26,125 nucleotides of DNA, from the NCBI GenBank assembly GCA_009704555.1, contig WLDY01000001.1, positions 1-26,125 on the forward strand, written 5' to 3'. How positions within the stretch are numbered: the stretch's first letter is position 1; every line of letters begins with the position of its first letter. Made by a program: the position numbers and the translations under genes. The notes beneath the pieces are model-generated. The model saw nothing but the letters and a program-made list of their open reading frames with translations. It searched no databases and had not been told where the DNA came from. This document shows positions 8,062 to 19,298 of the stretch, in pieces. Source of the stretch: Actinomycetota bacterium. GTDB lineage: Bacteria > Actinomycetota > Actinomycetes > Nanopelagicales > Nanopelagicaceae.

Positions 8062-8885
8062 CTAGCGACCTCATCCCAAGCGATTTCTTCACCATCAATG
8101 ACGGGTCCCTCTATGCAGGTCCGAACCATCTTCACTTTGTCGCCACGCATCATTGGCAGGACGCAGGTCATGCAGATGCCGACACCGCAAGCCATCGCTT
8201 CTTCTACCGACACCTGATGCGGAATAGAAAGGCTACGGGCGATGTCATCGACGGCTCGAAGCATTGCCATAGGGCCACATGAGTAGATGAGATCGATCCT
8301 CTGTCGTGTGATGATCTCTGGTAGAACGTCCGTGACCCGCCCCTGTATCCCAGCGCTCCCGTCATCGGTCGTGACCGTAACTGAGTTGACGGTTCTCTTC
8401 CCTTCAAGGGGGGCGAAGACCTTCGAACTGGTGGCCGCTCCGATAATGGCATCCACACGACAACCCCGCGCCTTGAGATGATCTGCGAGATCGAAGAGTG
8501 GTGCCGCGCCATATCCGCCTCCAACGATGGCGACATTGACCGGATCAGCCGGGAGTGGGAATGAGGTCCCAAGTGGCCCGGTGATCTTCAAGAGCGTGCC
8601 CTCACTCTGTGCGACCAACCAATCACTGCCCTTACCGCTTCGGGCAACGATCAATTCGATGACCGCACCATGCGAGGGATCCTGACGACTTCGATAGATG
8701 GCGAAGACTCGATGCAGGAGCATGCTGCTCTGGTCGCCACCCACGGATAATGCAATGAAGTTGCCTGGTTTGGCACCCTCCGCAATTCCTTCTGCTTGCA
8801 ATACGAGATGAAAGTATGTGCCCACTTTTCGTATCGAAAGAAGGCGTCCAGTCGTATGCCGGGCAGCCTTATTGATCTGTCTCAA
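8058..8885 (-). CDS. pyrK: Dihydroorotate dehydrogenase electron transfer subunit (FAD, [2Fe-2S]), 275 aa
   Basis: [35 protein letters not shown]...C. Start set at TTG 8885, with GAGGAG 6 nt upstream and a TTGA overlap with the carB stop. Confidence 0.92.
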   Translation of the reverse strand: MRQINKAARHTTGRLLSIRKVGTYFHLVLQAEGIAEGAKPGNFIALSVGGDQSSMLLHRVFAIYRSRQDPSHGAVIELIVARSGKGSDWLVAQSEGTLLKITGPLGTSFPLPADPVNVAIVGGGYGAAPLFDLADHLKARGCRVDAIIGAATSSKVFAPLEGKRTVNSVTVTTDDGSAGIQGRVTDVLPEIITRQRIDLIYSCGPMAMLRAVDDIARSLSIPHQVSVEEAMACGVGICMTCVLPMMRGDKVKMVRTCIEGPVIDGEEIAWDEVAR

Positions 8886-11800
8886 TCCGCGCTCCTCGTG
8901 GCAAGCCAATCTTGCAGGGACTTCACGGACAGCTCCTCATCACGGAGCGCTCGCATCGCTTCCACTGCCGCCTTCAGTGCAGCTGTCGTCGTAAGGCATG
9001 GAAGATTCTTGACGATCGCGGCGGTCCTGATCAATCGGCCATCTTGACGCTGATCCCGTCCAAAGGGAGTATTCACAACAAGATTCACCAAGCCCTGACT
9101 GATCAGGGTCAGAGCGGTCCCCTCAGTCGATCCTTCATGAGATGCATCGATTGACTCGAAGTGCTTCCTTACCCGAACTGACGGAATACCCATGCTTGAG
9201 AGGAAATCGTGAGTGCCGGCGGTCGCAAAAATTGAATAACCCATCTCATTCAATTGCTGAAGGGAGTGTCCAGCTGCGGCCTTATCTTTATCGGCAAGCG
9301 AGACGAAAATCGATCCACTCTTTGGAAGCGCTCCGAAAGCGCTGATCTGACTCTTCGCAAAGGCGGCTCCGAAGGTTGGAGCGATCCCCATCACTTCGCC
9401 GGTCGATTTCATCTCCGGACCAAGGACGGTGTCAACACCCTCACCATTCCTTCGCCGGAAGCGATTCCATGGCAGCACTGCCTCCTTCACTGCGACAGAT
9501 CCAGTAGAAGGTAGATCTTGGAGTAATCCGCCATCTCTCATCTCCGCGATACTGACCCCGACTGCGATCTGAGCGGCGGCCTTTGCTAACGGATAACCCG
9601 TGGCCTTGCTAACGAATGGCACTGTGCGAGAGGCCCGAGGATTCGCCTCTAAGACGAAGAGTTTCTCCGAACCTGGAGCACCAGCAATCGCAAATTGAAT
9701 ATTGATAAGTCCCCGAACACCCACCGACCGAGCGATACGGAACGTAGCCTCCTCTATCTCCTTCAACATCTCACTCGATATCGATTGTGGTGGGATGACG
9801 CAAGCACTATCCCCACTGTGGACCCCAGCCTCTTCGATATGTTCCATGACGCCGCCCATGAAGAGTTGATCGCCATCGAAGAGCGCATCGACATCGACCT
9901 CTGTCGCTGAGTCAAGGAACTTGTCGATCAAGACCGGTCGGCTGGGCGTGATCTCTGTCGCTCGTTCGATGAAGGATGCCAGCGAAGTATCGTCATAGAC
10001 GATCTCCATCCCGCGTCCGCCAAGAACGAAGGAAGGGCGCACCAATACTGGGTATCCGACGCGATTGGCAATCTCCCGTGCTTCTTCGATATTCACAGCC
10101 ATTCCGAACTCAGGTGCATTCAGCCCTTGGTCAATGAGGAGCGTTCCGAACGCTCCTCTCTCCTCTGCAAGATCGATCGCATCCGGTGCGGTCCCAAGAA
10201 TTGGAATACCCTCATCGGCAAGAGCCCGTGCGAGACCTAGTGGAGTCTGACCACCTAGTTGGACGATGACGCCCAAGACAGGTCCCGCAGCCATCTCAGC
10301 ATGGATCACTTCCAAGACATCTTCCAAAGTGAGCGGTTCGAAGTAGAGGCGATCCGACGTGTCGTAATCCGTAGAGACCGTCTCCGGATTGCAGTTGACC
10401 ATCACCGTCTCGTAACCAGCTGCGCTCAGCGTGAAACAAGCATGAACACAGGAGTAGTCGAACTCGATACCTTGCCCGATTCGATTCGGTCCCGAGCCCA
10501 GGATGATGACCGCAGGCTTCTCTCGAATAGCGACTTCGCTCTCCTCATCGTACGAGGAATAGTGATACGGAGTCTTCGCTTCGAACTCAGCTGCACAGGT
10601 ATCGACCGTCTTGTAGATGGGTCGGACAGCGAGGCGATGGCGCGTTCTTCTGACTTCGGCTTCGTCGAGACCACGAATCTGAGCGATCTGTGCGTCCGAA
10701 AAACCATGTCGTTTCAACTTATGAAGAATCTCTGCATCAAGTTCCACCGCATCTCGACACTCCGCTGCAAGGGTGTTCAAGAGATGGATCTGTTCAAGCA
10801 CCCATGGATCGAATCGGGTGATCTTCTCCACCTCGTCGAAACTGACTCCAGCGAGTAGGGCCCTTTGGATCCCGACGAGGCGAGCGTCAGTCGGTTCACT
10901 GATCACCCTTAGGAGTTCTTCTCTCGATTGGGTTATCGGCACGAACGAGAAAGTTGAACCTTTCTTTTCAAGCGATCTCATCGCTTTTTGCAGCGCTTCA
11001 GTGAAGTTCCTCCCGATCGCCATCGACTCCCCCACCGACTTCATCGTGGTCGTGAGGCGCGTATCAGCATCAGGGAACTTCTCAAATGCAAAGCGAGGCA
11101 CCTTCACGACGATGTAGTCCAACGTAGGCTCGAAGGAAGCGGGTGTGGCGGCGGTTATGTCATTAGGAATCTCATTGAGCGTATAACCGATCGCTAATTC
11201 AGTGGCGATCTTCGCGATGGGGAATCCGGTCGCTTTCGATGCGAGTGCTGAGGATCGCGAGACGCGTGGGTTCATCTCGATGACGATGATCCTGCCATCC
11301 GTTGGATTGATGGCAAACTGGATGTTGCATCCACCAGTATCGACACCTACTTCACGGATTATCCCGATCGCAAGGTTTCGAAGTCGTTGAAGTTCGACGT
11401 CAGTCAGGGTGAGTGCGGGGGCGACGGTGACGGAGTCACCGGTATGCACACCCATCGGATCGATATTCTCGATGCTGCATACGATCACGACATTGTCGAG
11501 ACGGTCGCGCATTACCTCGAGTTCGTATTCCTTCCAGCCGATGATCGATTCCTCAAGCAAGACTTCACTCGTCGGAGAATGGCGCAGTCCTGCACCCGCA
11601 ATCAGACGTAGTTCCTCTAGGGAGTGAGCGATACCGCTACCTAGACCCCCCATAGTGAAGGAGGGGCGCACTACCACTGGGAATCCGAGCTGCGTTGCGC
11701 CAGCTTCACACTCAGCCATGGTGTGACAGATGATCGAGCGAGCAGACTCACCACCGACCTTCGCGACGATCTCCCGGAAGAGCTCTCGATTCTCTCCACG

Positions 11801-12172
11801 ATTGATCGCCTCGACATCTGCACCGATCAGCCGGACACCGTATTTCTCGAGAATTCCATCGCGAGCAAGTGCCATCGCAGCATTGAGGGCGGTTTGACCT
11901 CCGAGCGTGGCAAGGATCGCATCCGGGCGCTGCTCCTTGATGATCCGCTCGAGGAACTCAGTCGTGATCGGTTCCACGTAGGTCGCGTCAGCGAACTCCG
12001 GATCGGTCATGATCGTCGCCGGATTGCTGTTGACCAGGATGACGCGAATACCTTCTTGCTTGAGAACACGACAGGCCTGTGTGCCTGAGTAGTCGAACTC
12101 GCATGCTTGTCCGATCACTATCGGACCACTACCGATCACAAGTACCGAGGAGATGGAAGTGTCCCTAGCCAC
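8882..12172 (-). CDS. carB: Carbamoyl-phosphate synthase large subunit
   Basis: [19 protein letters not shown], two ATP-grasp halves ([10 protein letters not shown]; EANPRASRT), [16 protein letters not shown]-terminal MGS-like domain; 1096 aa, GTG start. Confidence 0.99.
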   Translation of the reverse strand: MARDTSISSVLVIGSGPIVIGQACEFDYSGTQACRVLKQEGIRVILVNSNPATIMTDPEFADATYVEPITTEFLERIIKEQRPDAILATLGGQTALNAAMALARDGILEKYGVRLIGADVEAINRGENRELFREIVAKVGGESARSIICHTMAECEAGATQLGFPVVVRPSFTMGGLGSGIAHSLEELRLIAGAGLRHSPTSEVLLEESIIGWKEYELEVMRDRLDNVVIVCSIENIDPMGVHTGDSVTVAPALTLTDVELQRLRNLAIGIIREVGVDTGGCNIQFAINPTDGRIIVIEMNPRVSRSSALASKATGFPIAKIATELAIGYTLNEIPNDITAATPASFEPTLDYIVVKVPRFAFEKFPDADTRLTTTMKSVGESMAIGRNFTEALQKAMRSLEKKGSTFSFVPITQSREELLRVISEPTDARLVGIQRALLAGVSFDEVEKITRFDPWVLEQIHLLNTLAAECRDAVELDAEILHKLKRHGFSDAQIAQIRGLDEAEVRRTRHRLAVRPIYKTVDTCAAEFEAKTPYHYSSYDEESEVAIREKPAVIILGSGPNRIGQGIEFDYSCVHACFTLSAAGYETVMVNCNPETVSTDYDTSDRLYFEPLTLEDVLEVIHAEMAAGPVLGVIVQLGGQTPLGLARALADEGIPILGTAPDAIDLAEERGAFGTLLIDQGLNAPEFGMAVNIEEAREIANRVGYPVLVRPSFVLGGRGMEIVYDDTSLASFIERATEITPSRPVLIDKFLDSATEVDVDALFDGDQLFMGGVMEHIEEAGVHSGDSACVIPPQSISSEMLKEIEEATFRIARSVGVRGLINIQFAIAGAPGSEKLFVLEANPRASRTVPFVSKATGYPLAKAAAQIAVGVSIAEMRDGGLLQDLPSTGSVAVKEAVLPWNRFRRRNGEGVDTVLGPEMKSTGEVMGIAPTFGAAFAKSQISAFGALPKSGSIFVSLADKDKAAAGHSLQQLNEMGYSIFATAGTHDFLSSMGIPSVRVRKHFESIDASHEGSTEGTALTLISQGLVNLVVNTPFGRDQRQDGRLIRTAAIVKNLPCLTTTAALKAAVEAMRALRDEELSVKSLQDWLATRSAD

Positions 12173-13313
12173 GAGATGCCGATCCGATCTTCTTCTCGTT
12201 CTCCATCATCGAAACGAAATCATCGAAGAGATAGTTCGCATCGTGAGGCCCTGCTGCAGCCTCAGGGTGGTACTGAACTGAAAAGGCAGGTCGCTCGATC
12301 AAGCGTATGCCTTCCACGACACCATCGTTGAGGCATACATGGGTGACTTCGCCCGGTCCGTAGACAGTTTGAAAATGTCCGTCGACAGGAGCTTCGAGAG
12401 CGAAACCATGATTATGTGCCGTGATCTCAACTCGCCCGGTCGTCCTATTGAGAACCGGTTGGTTGATTCCCCGATGCCCGAATTGCAACTTATAAGTTTC
12501 GAACCCGACCGCACGACCCAGGATCTGGTGTCCGAAACAGATACCGAAGACAGGCAAGGATCTGCCCAAGAGTTCTCGAACCAACATCACTACCTCGTCC
12601 ATCGTGCTTGGATCACCCGGACCATTGGAGAGGAAGAAGCCATCAGGTCTGATGCGTTCGATCTCACTCAGGAGGCGCTCCATCGTCCAATTACTAGGTA
12701 GGACATGGACTTCGATACCGCGTTCCGACATGTTCTTCGGTGTAGCAGCCTTGATCCCAAGATCCAGTGCTACGACCGTGAAACGCTTCTCACCACGAGC
12801 ACGGACCAGATAGGGCTCGACTGTCGAGACTTGGTCAGAAAGCTTCGAACCTTCCATCCGTGATGAATTTCGAACAGCAATCACCATCTCCTCGCGACTG
12901 AGACTCTTGCCCGAGAAGATTCCGGCTCTCATTGCCCCTCGGTCTCGAAGATGCCTTGTGATAGCTCTGGTATCAATCGACTTGATCCCCACGATGCCTT
13001 GTCGTTGCAGTTCACCCTCAAGGTCGGTGTCTGCTCGCCAACTACTTACGCGAGGTGACGGATCACGTACCGCGAAACCTGCAACCCAGATCTGAGAACT
13101 CTCATTGTCCTCAACATTCATCCCCGTGTTGCCTATGTGCGGAGCAGTCATCACAACGATTTGCTTGTGATACGAGGGATCAGTGAGGGTCTCTTGATAG
13201 CCACTCATGCCCGTCGCAAAGACTGCCTCACCGAAAGTCTCACCAACGGCGCCCCACGGCTCTCCTCGGAAGATACGTCCATCATCAAGGACCAGGAAGG
13301 CGTCAAGGCTCAC
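12165..13313 (-). CDS. carA: Carbamoyl-phosphate synthase small (glutaminase) subunit
   Basis: [25 protein letters not shown] (catalytic Cys), [12 protein letters not shown]. Confidence 0.98.
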   Translation of the reverse strand: MSLDAFLVLDDGRIFRGEPWGAVGETFGEAVFATGMSGYQETLTDPSYHKQIVVMTAPHIGNTGMNVEDNESSQIWVAGFAVRDPSPRVSSWRADTDLEGELQRQGIVGIKSIDTRAITRHLRDRGAMRAGIFSGKSLSREEMVIAVRNSSRMEGSKLSDQVSTVEPYLVRARGEKRFTVVALDLGIKAATPKNMSERGIEVHVLPSNWTMERLLSEIERIRPDGFFLSNGPGDPSTMDEVVMLVRELLGRSLPVFGICFGHQILGRAVGFETYKLQFGHRGINQPVLNRTTGRVEITAHNHGFALEAPVDGHFQTVYGPGEVTHVCLNDGVVEGIRLIERPAFSVQYHPEAAAGPHDANYLFDDFVSMMENEKKIGSASRG

Positions 13314-14611
13314 TTGATGACCGTACCTTCTCGCATCACCCAGGTACCTCTGTATAGGACGTCATGTACGTAACATCCGACCTCAAGTCCATGGAAGGGG
13401 GTGTTCTTACTTCGCGATACGGTCAATTCCCTATCGATCTGCCACTTCCGGTCACGATCGACCACCATCAATGAAGCGAGGCGTCCCACCTCGAGAGGCT
13501 TGATGTGATCCGTGTAACCAGCAATCTCAGCAGGTTTACTGCTCATTCGAGCGATCAACTCGGTGAAGCTCATCAACCCGGAGTCGACCATAGCTCTGCT
13601 TGAGATCGCCAAAGCAGTCTCTAGGCCGATCATCCCAAAGGCAGCCGCATCCCATTCGCACTCCTTCGCTTCTTCGGGATGAGGAGCATGATCCGTTGCA
13701 ATGACATCGATCGTTCCGTCAGCTAGGCCCTCACGGAGCGCCATGACATCGGAAGTATGTCGCAGAGGTGGATTCACCTTGTAGACCGGATCGAAAGTGG
13801 TGGCAAGTTCATCGGTCAACAAGAGATGATGAGGTGTCACTTCAGCTGTGACATTTATTCCACGCTCCTTGGCCCATTTGATGATCGCCACGCTTCCCGC
13901 GGTGCTGACATGACAGATGTGCAATCTTGATCCGACATGATCGGCAAGGAGTACGTCTCTCGCAATGATTGCTTCTTCCGCTACCGCGGGCCAACCTTTG
14001 AGTCCTATTCGAGCAGAGACAGCACCTTCATTCATCTGAGCACCACGGGTGAGAGCAGGGTCCTGGGCATGTTGCGCAATCACGCCATCAAAGATCTTGA
14101 CATACTCGAGCGCACGTCGCATGAGAACTGGATCAGAGACACAATGACCATCATCACTGAAGATTCGAACGCGCGCTCGTGATTCGGCCATGGCTAGGAT
14201 CTCTGCGAGGCGTTCTCCTTCTTGACCCACGGTGACTGCGCCGATCGGAAAGACGTCACATAACCCCGCTTCGACTCCGAGCGAGAAGACTTGCTCGACT
14301 ACTCCTGCAGTATCCGCAACAGGGTTCGTGTTCGGCATCGCACTGATCGCTCCGAATCCACCACGAACCGCGGAAGCGCTTCCACTCTGCACCGTCTCGG
14401 CATCTTCCTTGCCAGGTTCCCGTAAGTGGGTGTGAAGGTCGACCAATGTTGGGGCGAGGGTCATTCCCTGCATGTCGATCACTTCAGCATCATGAGCAGA
14501 AATCTGAGATGCATCTCGTGAGAGTGCTGCAATCCTCTCCCCGTCGATCAGGATGTTGATGCTATTACCATCGGTATCGACACCATTGCTCAAAAGGGTT
14601 CGAGTCATCAT
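13310..14611 (-). CDS. pyrC: Dihydroorotase
   Basis: [37 protein letters not shown]; AGGAG upstream of the start. Confidence 0.97.
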   Translation of the reverse strand: MMTRTLLSNGVDTDGNSINILIDGERIAALSRDASQISAHDAEVIDMQGMTLAPTLVDLHTHLREPGKEDAETVQSGSASAVRGGFGAISAMPNTNPVADTAGVVEQVFSLGVEAGLCDVFPIGAVTVGQEGERLAEILAMAESRARVRIFSDDGHCVSDPVLMRRALEYVKIFDGVIAQHAQDPALTRGAQMNEGAVSARIGLKGWPAVAEEAIIARDVLLADHVGSRLHICHVSTAGSVAIIKWAKERGINVTAEVTPHHLLLTDELATTFDPVYKVNPPLRHTSDVMALREGLADGTIDVIATDHAPHPEEAKECEWDAAAFGMIGLETALAISSRAMVDSGLMSFTELIARMSSKPAEIAGYTDHIKPLEVGRLASLMVVDRDRKWQIDRELTVSRSKNTPFHGLEVGCYVHDVLYRGTWVMREGTVIK

Positions 14612-15582
14612 GCTCTCTCCTGATCCAACGCGTTCTCCGGCAATTCATGGCTACCAGCCATGAGGAGGTAGAGGACTGCCATCCTGACGAAGACTCCATT
14701 GGCGACCTGATCGACGATCAGGGATCTCGCACTATCAGCGCTTGAAGCGTCGATCTCGACACCGCGGTTCATGGGACCCGGATGCAGGATCACTGCTTCT
14801 GGCTTCATCTTTGCGACGCGGTCGATGTTGAGTCCGTAGTGACGCGAAAACTCGCGCTCAGTGGGGAAGAAACCCTGATTCATCCGTTCCCGTTGAATGC
14901 GAAGCGGCATGACAACATCGAATTCCTCAATACTCTCATCGATGCGATACGAGACTTCTACGGGCCACTCCCCTATTTCGACAGGTAGGAGCGTCGGCGG
15001 TGCGATCAAAGTGACTTTTGCGCCAAGCATCGACGCCAGGAAGATATTGCTCCGTGCAACACGGGAGTGCAGGATGTCGCCGACGATTGCAAGACGAAGC
15101 CCGTCCAAACCGCCTCCAACTCCTCCGAAGCGGTTTCGCATTGTGAAGGCATCAAGAAGGGCTTGGGTAGGGTGCTGACGAGTTCCATCACCGGCATTGA
15201 TGACTGGACCTTTGATCCAACCAGAATCAGCGAGCCTCTGAGGAGCACCCGAAGATGGATGCCGGATGATTACAGCATCAGCACCCATCGCCTGAAGCGT
15301 CAGTGCGGTGTCCTTCAGGGATTCACCTTTGCTTACGCTGGAACCTTTAGCATTGAAATTGATGACATCCGCTGAAAGGCGCTTCGCTGCGGTTTCGAAG
15401 GAGATCCTTGTTCTCGTTGAGTCTTCGTAGAAGAGATTGACCACTGCGCGACCACGGAGGGTCGGCAACTTCTTCATCTTTCCCTCGCTCAACTGTGAGA
15501 GTTGCGCGGCGGTGTCAAGGATCGCGATGGCGCTCTCTCGCGTGAGGTCATCCACCGAGAGAAGGTGGCGTGGGATCTTCAT
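14608..15582 (-). CDS. pyrB: Aspartate carbamoyltransferase catalytic subunit
   Basis: [49 protein letters not shown]. Confidence 0.98.
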   Translation of the reverse strand: MKIPRHLLSVDDLTRESAIAILDTAAQLSQLSEGKMKKLPTLRGRAVVNLFYEDSTRTRISFETAAKRLSADVINFNAKGSSVSKGESLKDTALTLQAMGADAVIIRHPSSGAPQRLADSGWIKGPVINAGDGTRQHPTQALLDAFTMRNRFGGVGGGLDGLRLAIVGDILHSRVARSNIFLASMLGAKVTLIAPPTLLPVEIGEWPVEVSYRIDESIEEFDVVMPLRIQRERMNQGFFPTEREFSRHYGLNIDRVAKMKPEAVILHPGPMNRGVEIDASSADSARSLIVDQVANGVFVRMAVLYLLMAGSHELPENALDQERA

Positions 15583-16106
15583 CCTTCGATCACCACCTCA
15601 TCGACTTCTTCAAATGGCATCAAGCGGACCCGCACGCTCTCGCTCCGGGCCGTTGGGATGTTCTTGCCGACATAATCAGCGCGAATCGGAAGTTCACGAT
15701 GCCCGCGGTCGACAAGAACGGCGAGCTGTACCGTGGCAGGGCGACCTATCTCTCCAAGGGCATCGAGAGCTGCCCGGATGGTTCGCCCGGAAAAGAAGAC
15801 ATCATCAACTAAGACGACATCTCTACCTTCCACACCACTGACCGGGATCTGGGTGGGACTGAGGGGACGGGGTGGGCGAAGGCGGAGGTCGTCGCGATGG
15901 AGAGTGATGTCGATAGAGCCCATTTCAACTGGGCGACCTTCGATCTGGGAGATATCTCGTTGAAGACGTTGAGCCAACGTCACGCCTCGGGTTGGGATCC
16001 CCAACAGAAGTAGATTTTCCGCACCTTTGTTTCGCTCAAGTATTTCGTGCGAGATGCGTCGGATAGCGCGAGAGATATCCTCGCGGGACAAAACGATGCG
16101 CGTCAT
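15579..16106 (-). CDS. pyrR: Bifunctional pyr operon regulator / uracil phosphoribosyltransferase, 175 aa
   Basis: [48 protein letters not shown]. Start set at ATG 16106, with AAGGAGG 5 nt upstream. Confidence 0.97.
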   Translation of the reverse strand: MTRIVLSREDISRAIRRISHEILERNKGAENLLLLGIPTRGVTLAQRLQRDISQIEGRPVEMGSIDITLHRDDLRLRPPRPLSPTQIPVSGVEGRDVVLVDDVFFSGRTIRAALDALGEIGRPATVQLAVLVDRGHRELPIRADYVGKNIPTARSESVRVRLMPFEEVDEVVIEG

Positions 16107-16114
16107 TGACGCCT

Positions 16115-16146
16115 CCTTCACCGCCTCACAGGACGGCACTTAAAGG
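16115..16146 (-). promoter_or_regulatory. PyrR-binding RNA stem-loop overlapping the pyrR Shine-Dalgarno
   Basis: Minus strand reads CCUU-UAAGUG-CCGUC-CUGUGA-GGCGG-UG-AAGG(AGG). Contains CUUUAA and UCCNGNGAGG, the conserved parts of PyrR binding loops; the lower-stem 3' arm is part of the RBS. Confidence 0.85.
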
Positions 16147-16153
16147 TGGTCGA

Positions 16154-16159
16154 AGCATA
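16154..16159 (-). promoter_or_regulatory. Candidate -10 hexamer TATGCT for the pyr operon; implied start at A 16147
   Basis: TATGCT-tcgacc-A, with the A immediately before the PyrR hairpin. No clear -35 at canonical spacing. Confidence 0.5.
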
Positions 16160-16182
16160 TACCAAGGTGGCGAGGGCGCTGC

Positions 16183-16204
16183 GGCAATAGCGAAAGCGCT
16201 TGCC
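16183..16204 (-). terminator. Small hairpin just after nusB (possible terminator or stabilising structure)
   Basis: Minus strand GGCAA-GCG-CTTT-CGC-TA-TTGCC; short, bulged, and without a U-tract. Confidence 0.25.
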
Positions 16205-16210
16205 CGGGGA

Positions 16211-16606
16211 TTATGCGAGGGTGTCTGCGAGAGAGGAGATGCGAGCGAGTAACCCATTGATAAAACGAGCAGAGTCTTCAGTGGACAACCGCTCCGCCAA
16301 AATGACCGCCTCGCTGATAGCAACCGAATCATCGACATCTCCCCAAAGGATCTCGAATATCGCAATCCGCAGGATGTTTCGATCAACGGCTGGTAGACGA
16401 TCCTTATCCCAGCCCTCAGCGTAGGTGTGGATCAACGTGTCGATACGATCGCGATGGGCGTTGACACCTGAGATAAGTTGATCGGTGTATTCCCGATGTT
16501 CCCGTTCCATCAAATCCAATTCCAGCGGATTTGGAAGCTGCCCCTTGAGGTCAGCGGCGAATATCAGATCGAGGGCAGCCTTGCGAGCCTTGGCACGCGC
16601 ACTCAT
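16211..16606 (-). CDS. nusB: Transcription antitermination factor NusB
   Basis: [43 protein letters not shown]; TAATG overlap with efp. Confidence 0.96.
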   Translation of the reverse strand: MSARAKARKAALDLIFAADLKGQLPNPLELDLMEREHREYTDQLISGVNAHRDRIDTLIHTYAEGWDKDRLPAVDRNILRIAIFEILWGDVDDSVAISEAVILAERLSTEDSARFINGLLARISSLADTLA

Positions 16607-17163
16607 TACGCGCGACCGAGATACTCACCAGTGCGCGTATCGACAAGGACCTTCTCCCCTTGCTTGATGAAGAGTGGGACCTGAATCGTGATTCCAGTTT
16701 CGACTGTCGCTGGCTTCGACCCCGCATTGGAGCGATCCCCTTGGAGACCAGGCTCCGTGTAGGTGATGTCGAGGGCTACCGAGGCTGGCAATTCGATGAA
16801 GAGTGGATTTCCTTCATGTATAGCGACCACAGCATCCGTGTTCTCCAGCATGTAGTTCGCACTCTCTCCGACTGTCTCCCCAGGAATTGTCATCTGGTCA
16901 TACGAGGCTGAGTCCATGAAGACGAAGTCTTCGCCGTCCTTGTAAAGAAACTGCATCTCGCGTCGCTCAAGGATCGCAACTTCCACTTTGATCCCAGCGT
17001 TGAAAGTCTTCTCGACGACCTTGCCGGAAAGGACATTCTTCAGCTTTGTCCGCACGAAGGCCGGGCCCTTGCCAGGCTTCACGTGTTGAAACTCGACCAC
17101 GGTCCAGAGTTGACCATCGATATCCAAGGTCATGCCGTTCTTCAAGTCGTTAGTCGTTGCCAC
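16606..17163 (-). CDS. efp: Elongation factor P (actinobacterial PGKGP-loop type)
   Basis: [54 protein letters not shown]; GTG start. Confidence 0.98.
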   Translation of the reverse strand: MATTNDLKNGMTLDIDGQLWTVVEFQHVKPGKGPAFVRTKLKNVLSGKVVEKTFNAGIKVEVAILERREMQFLYKDGEDFVFMDSASYDQMTIPGETVGESANYMLENTDAVVAIHEGNPLFIELPASVALDITYTEPGLQGDRSNAGSKPATVETGITIQVPLFIKQGEKVLVDTRTGEYLGRA

Positions 17164-17261
17164 GATTCAGTCCATCCTCAGGTTCATCGAAGGTAATTCC
17201 TTGGTCTGTCGCATGATCAAAGCCGATGCCGACACCCTCACAGGACATCCCATGAGGACTC

Positions 17262-17696
17262 TTATTCTACGAGGGAGTCCATGGCTATCAGAGCCAAACG
17301 ATAGGAATCCTCTTTGAACCCAGCGATCGTTCCCGTGGAAACGCCGCTGATAAGAGAGGTATGACGGAATTCCTCCCGGGCAAGTGGATTTGAGAGATGC
17401 ACCTCGATCAAGGGAGCCCGGAGCATTGCGCAGGCATCGCGTAGCGCAATCGAATAATGCGTGAAAGCAGCCGGATTGAAGATCACAGGTATCGCCTTCT
17501 CCATCGCTTCGTGGAGCCAACCGATGAGGACTGCTTCATCATCACTCTGACGGATCTCCACAGCCAGATCGAGTTCTTCGGCGCTTCTTTTGATGAAGTC
17601 ACAGAGTTGTCCATAATCGAGGTCGCCATAGAACCTATGTTCACGAGCTCCGAGCTTGCCGAGATTGGGACCATTGAGGACGAGGATCTCTTTCAT
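17262..17696 (-). CDS. aroQ: Type II 3-dehydroquinate dehydratase
   Basis: LNGPNLGKLG.RE..FYG, NPAAFTHYS.ALRDA, IEVHLSNPLAREEFRH. Confidence 0.96.
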   Translation of the reverse strand: MKEILVLNGPNLGKLGAREHRFYGDLDYGQLCDFIKRSAEELDLAVEIRQSDDEAVLIGWLHEAMEKAIPVIFNPAAFTHYSIALRDACAMLRAPLIEVHLSNPLAREEFRHTSLISGVSTGTIAGFKEDSYRLALIAMDSLVE

Positions 17697-17707
17697 TGAT
17701 TCACATC

Positions 17708-18757
17708 CTACGCAATCGCCACGCGTTGGTTGAAGACTCTTCTCGCCGTGTCGACGGATATCTCACTGCTCAGTACGGGTTCTCCCGGGGCCTGAAGGGT
17801 AACGAATCGAAGTTTTCCATCCTTCACTTTCTTGTCGCGCTCCATGATCTGAAGCAAGCGGTCAAAGGAACCAGCCTTGTACGAAGTGGGTAGGTTCAAT
17901 CTCCGTAGGAGATACCGGTGGCGATCTACGATCTTCGGGTCCAGACCGTTGACCTCGACACTAAGTTCAGCAGCAAAGACCATGCCGATCGCAACGGCTT
18001 CGCCATGGCGCATCTGGAAGTCCTCCGCAACTTCGATCGCATGGCCGAGCGTGTGACCGTAATTGAGGAATGCACGCTCTCCTCCCTCACGAAAGTCCCT
18101 GGAGACGATTCCTTCTTTGACGGCGACGCTCTTCTTGATGATCTCACTCAAGGAGGCAGAGTCAGAAGGGTTTGCGAGATCCGAATCAGTCATGCCCTCT
18201 GCTAGATCAAGGATCTCTGTATCTGCGATGAATCCACACTTGATCGCCTCCGCAAGACCCGCAGCTAGATCACGAGAAGAGAGACTTTCCAAGAACCTTT
18301 GATCAATGAGGGTCGCAACAGGTGCGTGAAAGGCACCGACCAAGTTCTTCCCAGCTGCCATGTTGATACCGGTCTTCCCACCGATTGCTGCATCAACCAT
18401 GCCTGCCATGGTGGTGGGTATGGCTATCCAGCCAACACCCCGCATCCAGCATGCCGCGACGAAACCTGCAAGATCCGTGGTGGCCCCGCCTCCAACGCCG
18501 ATGATGAGACCGTCTCTTGGGAAGTTCACCTCACCCAATCGCTTCAAAACTCTTTCGAAGTTATCGAATGACTTCTGCGCCTCCCCGTCTGGGAGATGGA
18601 TGACTTCTGAACTGACCGCGGCTGCCTTGAGAAGCCCATCGAGATTTACATGACTGGCTACCTCGTTGGAAGAGATGGTGACTACTTTGCGCCCAAAAGC
18701 GAGCTTGGCGATGACTTCTTCAATCGTTCTCGTGAAGATGACTTCTCCGTGCGGCAT
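17708..18757 (-). CDS. aroB: 3-dehydroquinate synthase
   Basis: LPDGEAQKS, GGGATTDLAGF, PTT..GMVDAAIGGKTGIN, KNLVGAFH, LNYGHTLGHAIE, HGEAVAIGM. Confidence 0.97.
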   Translation of the reverse strand: MPHGEVIFTRTIEEVIAKLAFGRKVVTISSNEVASHVNLDGLLKAAAVSSEVIHLPDGEAQKSFDNFERVLKRLGEVNFPRDGLIIGVGGGATTDLAGFVAACWMRGVGWIAIPTTMAGMVDAAIGGKTGINMAAGKNLVGAFHAPVATLIDQRFLESLSSRDLAAGLAEAIKCGFIADTEILDLAEGMTDSDLANPSDSASLSEIIKKSVAVKEGIVSRDFREGGERAFLNYGHTLGHAIEVAEDFQMRHGEAVAIGMVFAAELSVEVNGLDPKIVDRHRYLLRRLNLPTSYKAGSFDRLLQIMERDKKVKDGKLRFVTLQAPGEPVLSSEISVDTARRVFNQRVAIA

Positions 18758-18761
18758 CGCT

Positions 18762-19298
18762 CTACCTCCACCCTGAGATGATCTTGGCTACTACCTGATC
18801 CGGAGCATCTTCATTTGTATCCACGATCCGTGTTGCCAACCTGGAGTAGATCGGTCTTCGCTTATTCATCAATTCCTGCCAGCTGGCTCGTGGATTGACG
18901 AGCAGGAGCGGTCTCTCTCGATTGAAACCAACTCGCGGTGCTGCATAGGCGATCGTCACATCGAGGAAGATGACTTCGCAATCCCCTTCGCTCTTTAGCG
19001 AGCCAATCCTCTTCTCTACCACTTCACTCATCACCGCACCGCCACCAAGGGCAATAACACCACGGGCATCGAGGAGAGATTGCAGCACCACTTCTTCCTC
19101 GATTTTCCTGAAGTGAGGTTCGCCATCCTCAACGAAGATCTCCGAGATCCTCTTTCCAGTGCGCTCTTCGATCTCGTGATCGGTGTCGGTGAAATCGATT
19201 CCTAACTCCCGCGCCAAGAGACCACCTACTGTGCTCTTTCCAGCGCCAGGCGGACCTATCAAGATGATCCGTCGCGGGATACCAAGGCTCTTCGTCAT
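18762..19298 (-). CDS. aroK: Shikimate kinase
   Basis: [36 protein letters not shown]. Confidence 0.97.
   Translation of the reverse strand: MTKSLGIPRRIILIGPPGAGKSTVGGLLARELGIDFTDTDHEIEERTGKRISEIFVEDGEPHFRKIEEEVVLQSLLDARGVIALGGGAVMSEVVEKRIGSLKSEGDCEVIFLDVTIAYAAPRVGFNRERPLLLVNPRASWQELMNKRRPIYSRLATRIVDTNEDAPDQVVAKIISGWR

Noticed and set aside
6465-16106. pyrE and pyrI are absent from the pyr operon
   Set aside because: Usual for Actinomycetota: pyrE is normally elsewhere, and this ATCase class has no PyrI.
17167-17520. 117-aa minus-strand ORF overlapping aroQ
   Set aside because: Out-of-frame overlap with aroQ and no motifs; only its intergenic tail is noted, as a weak finding.
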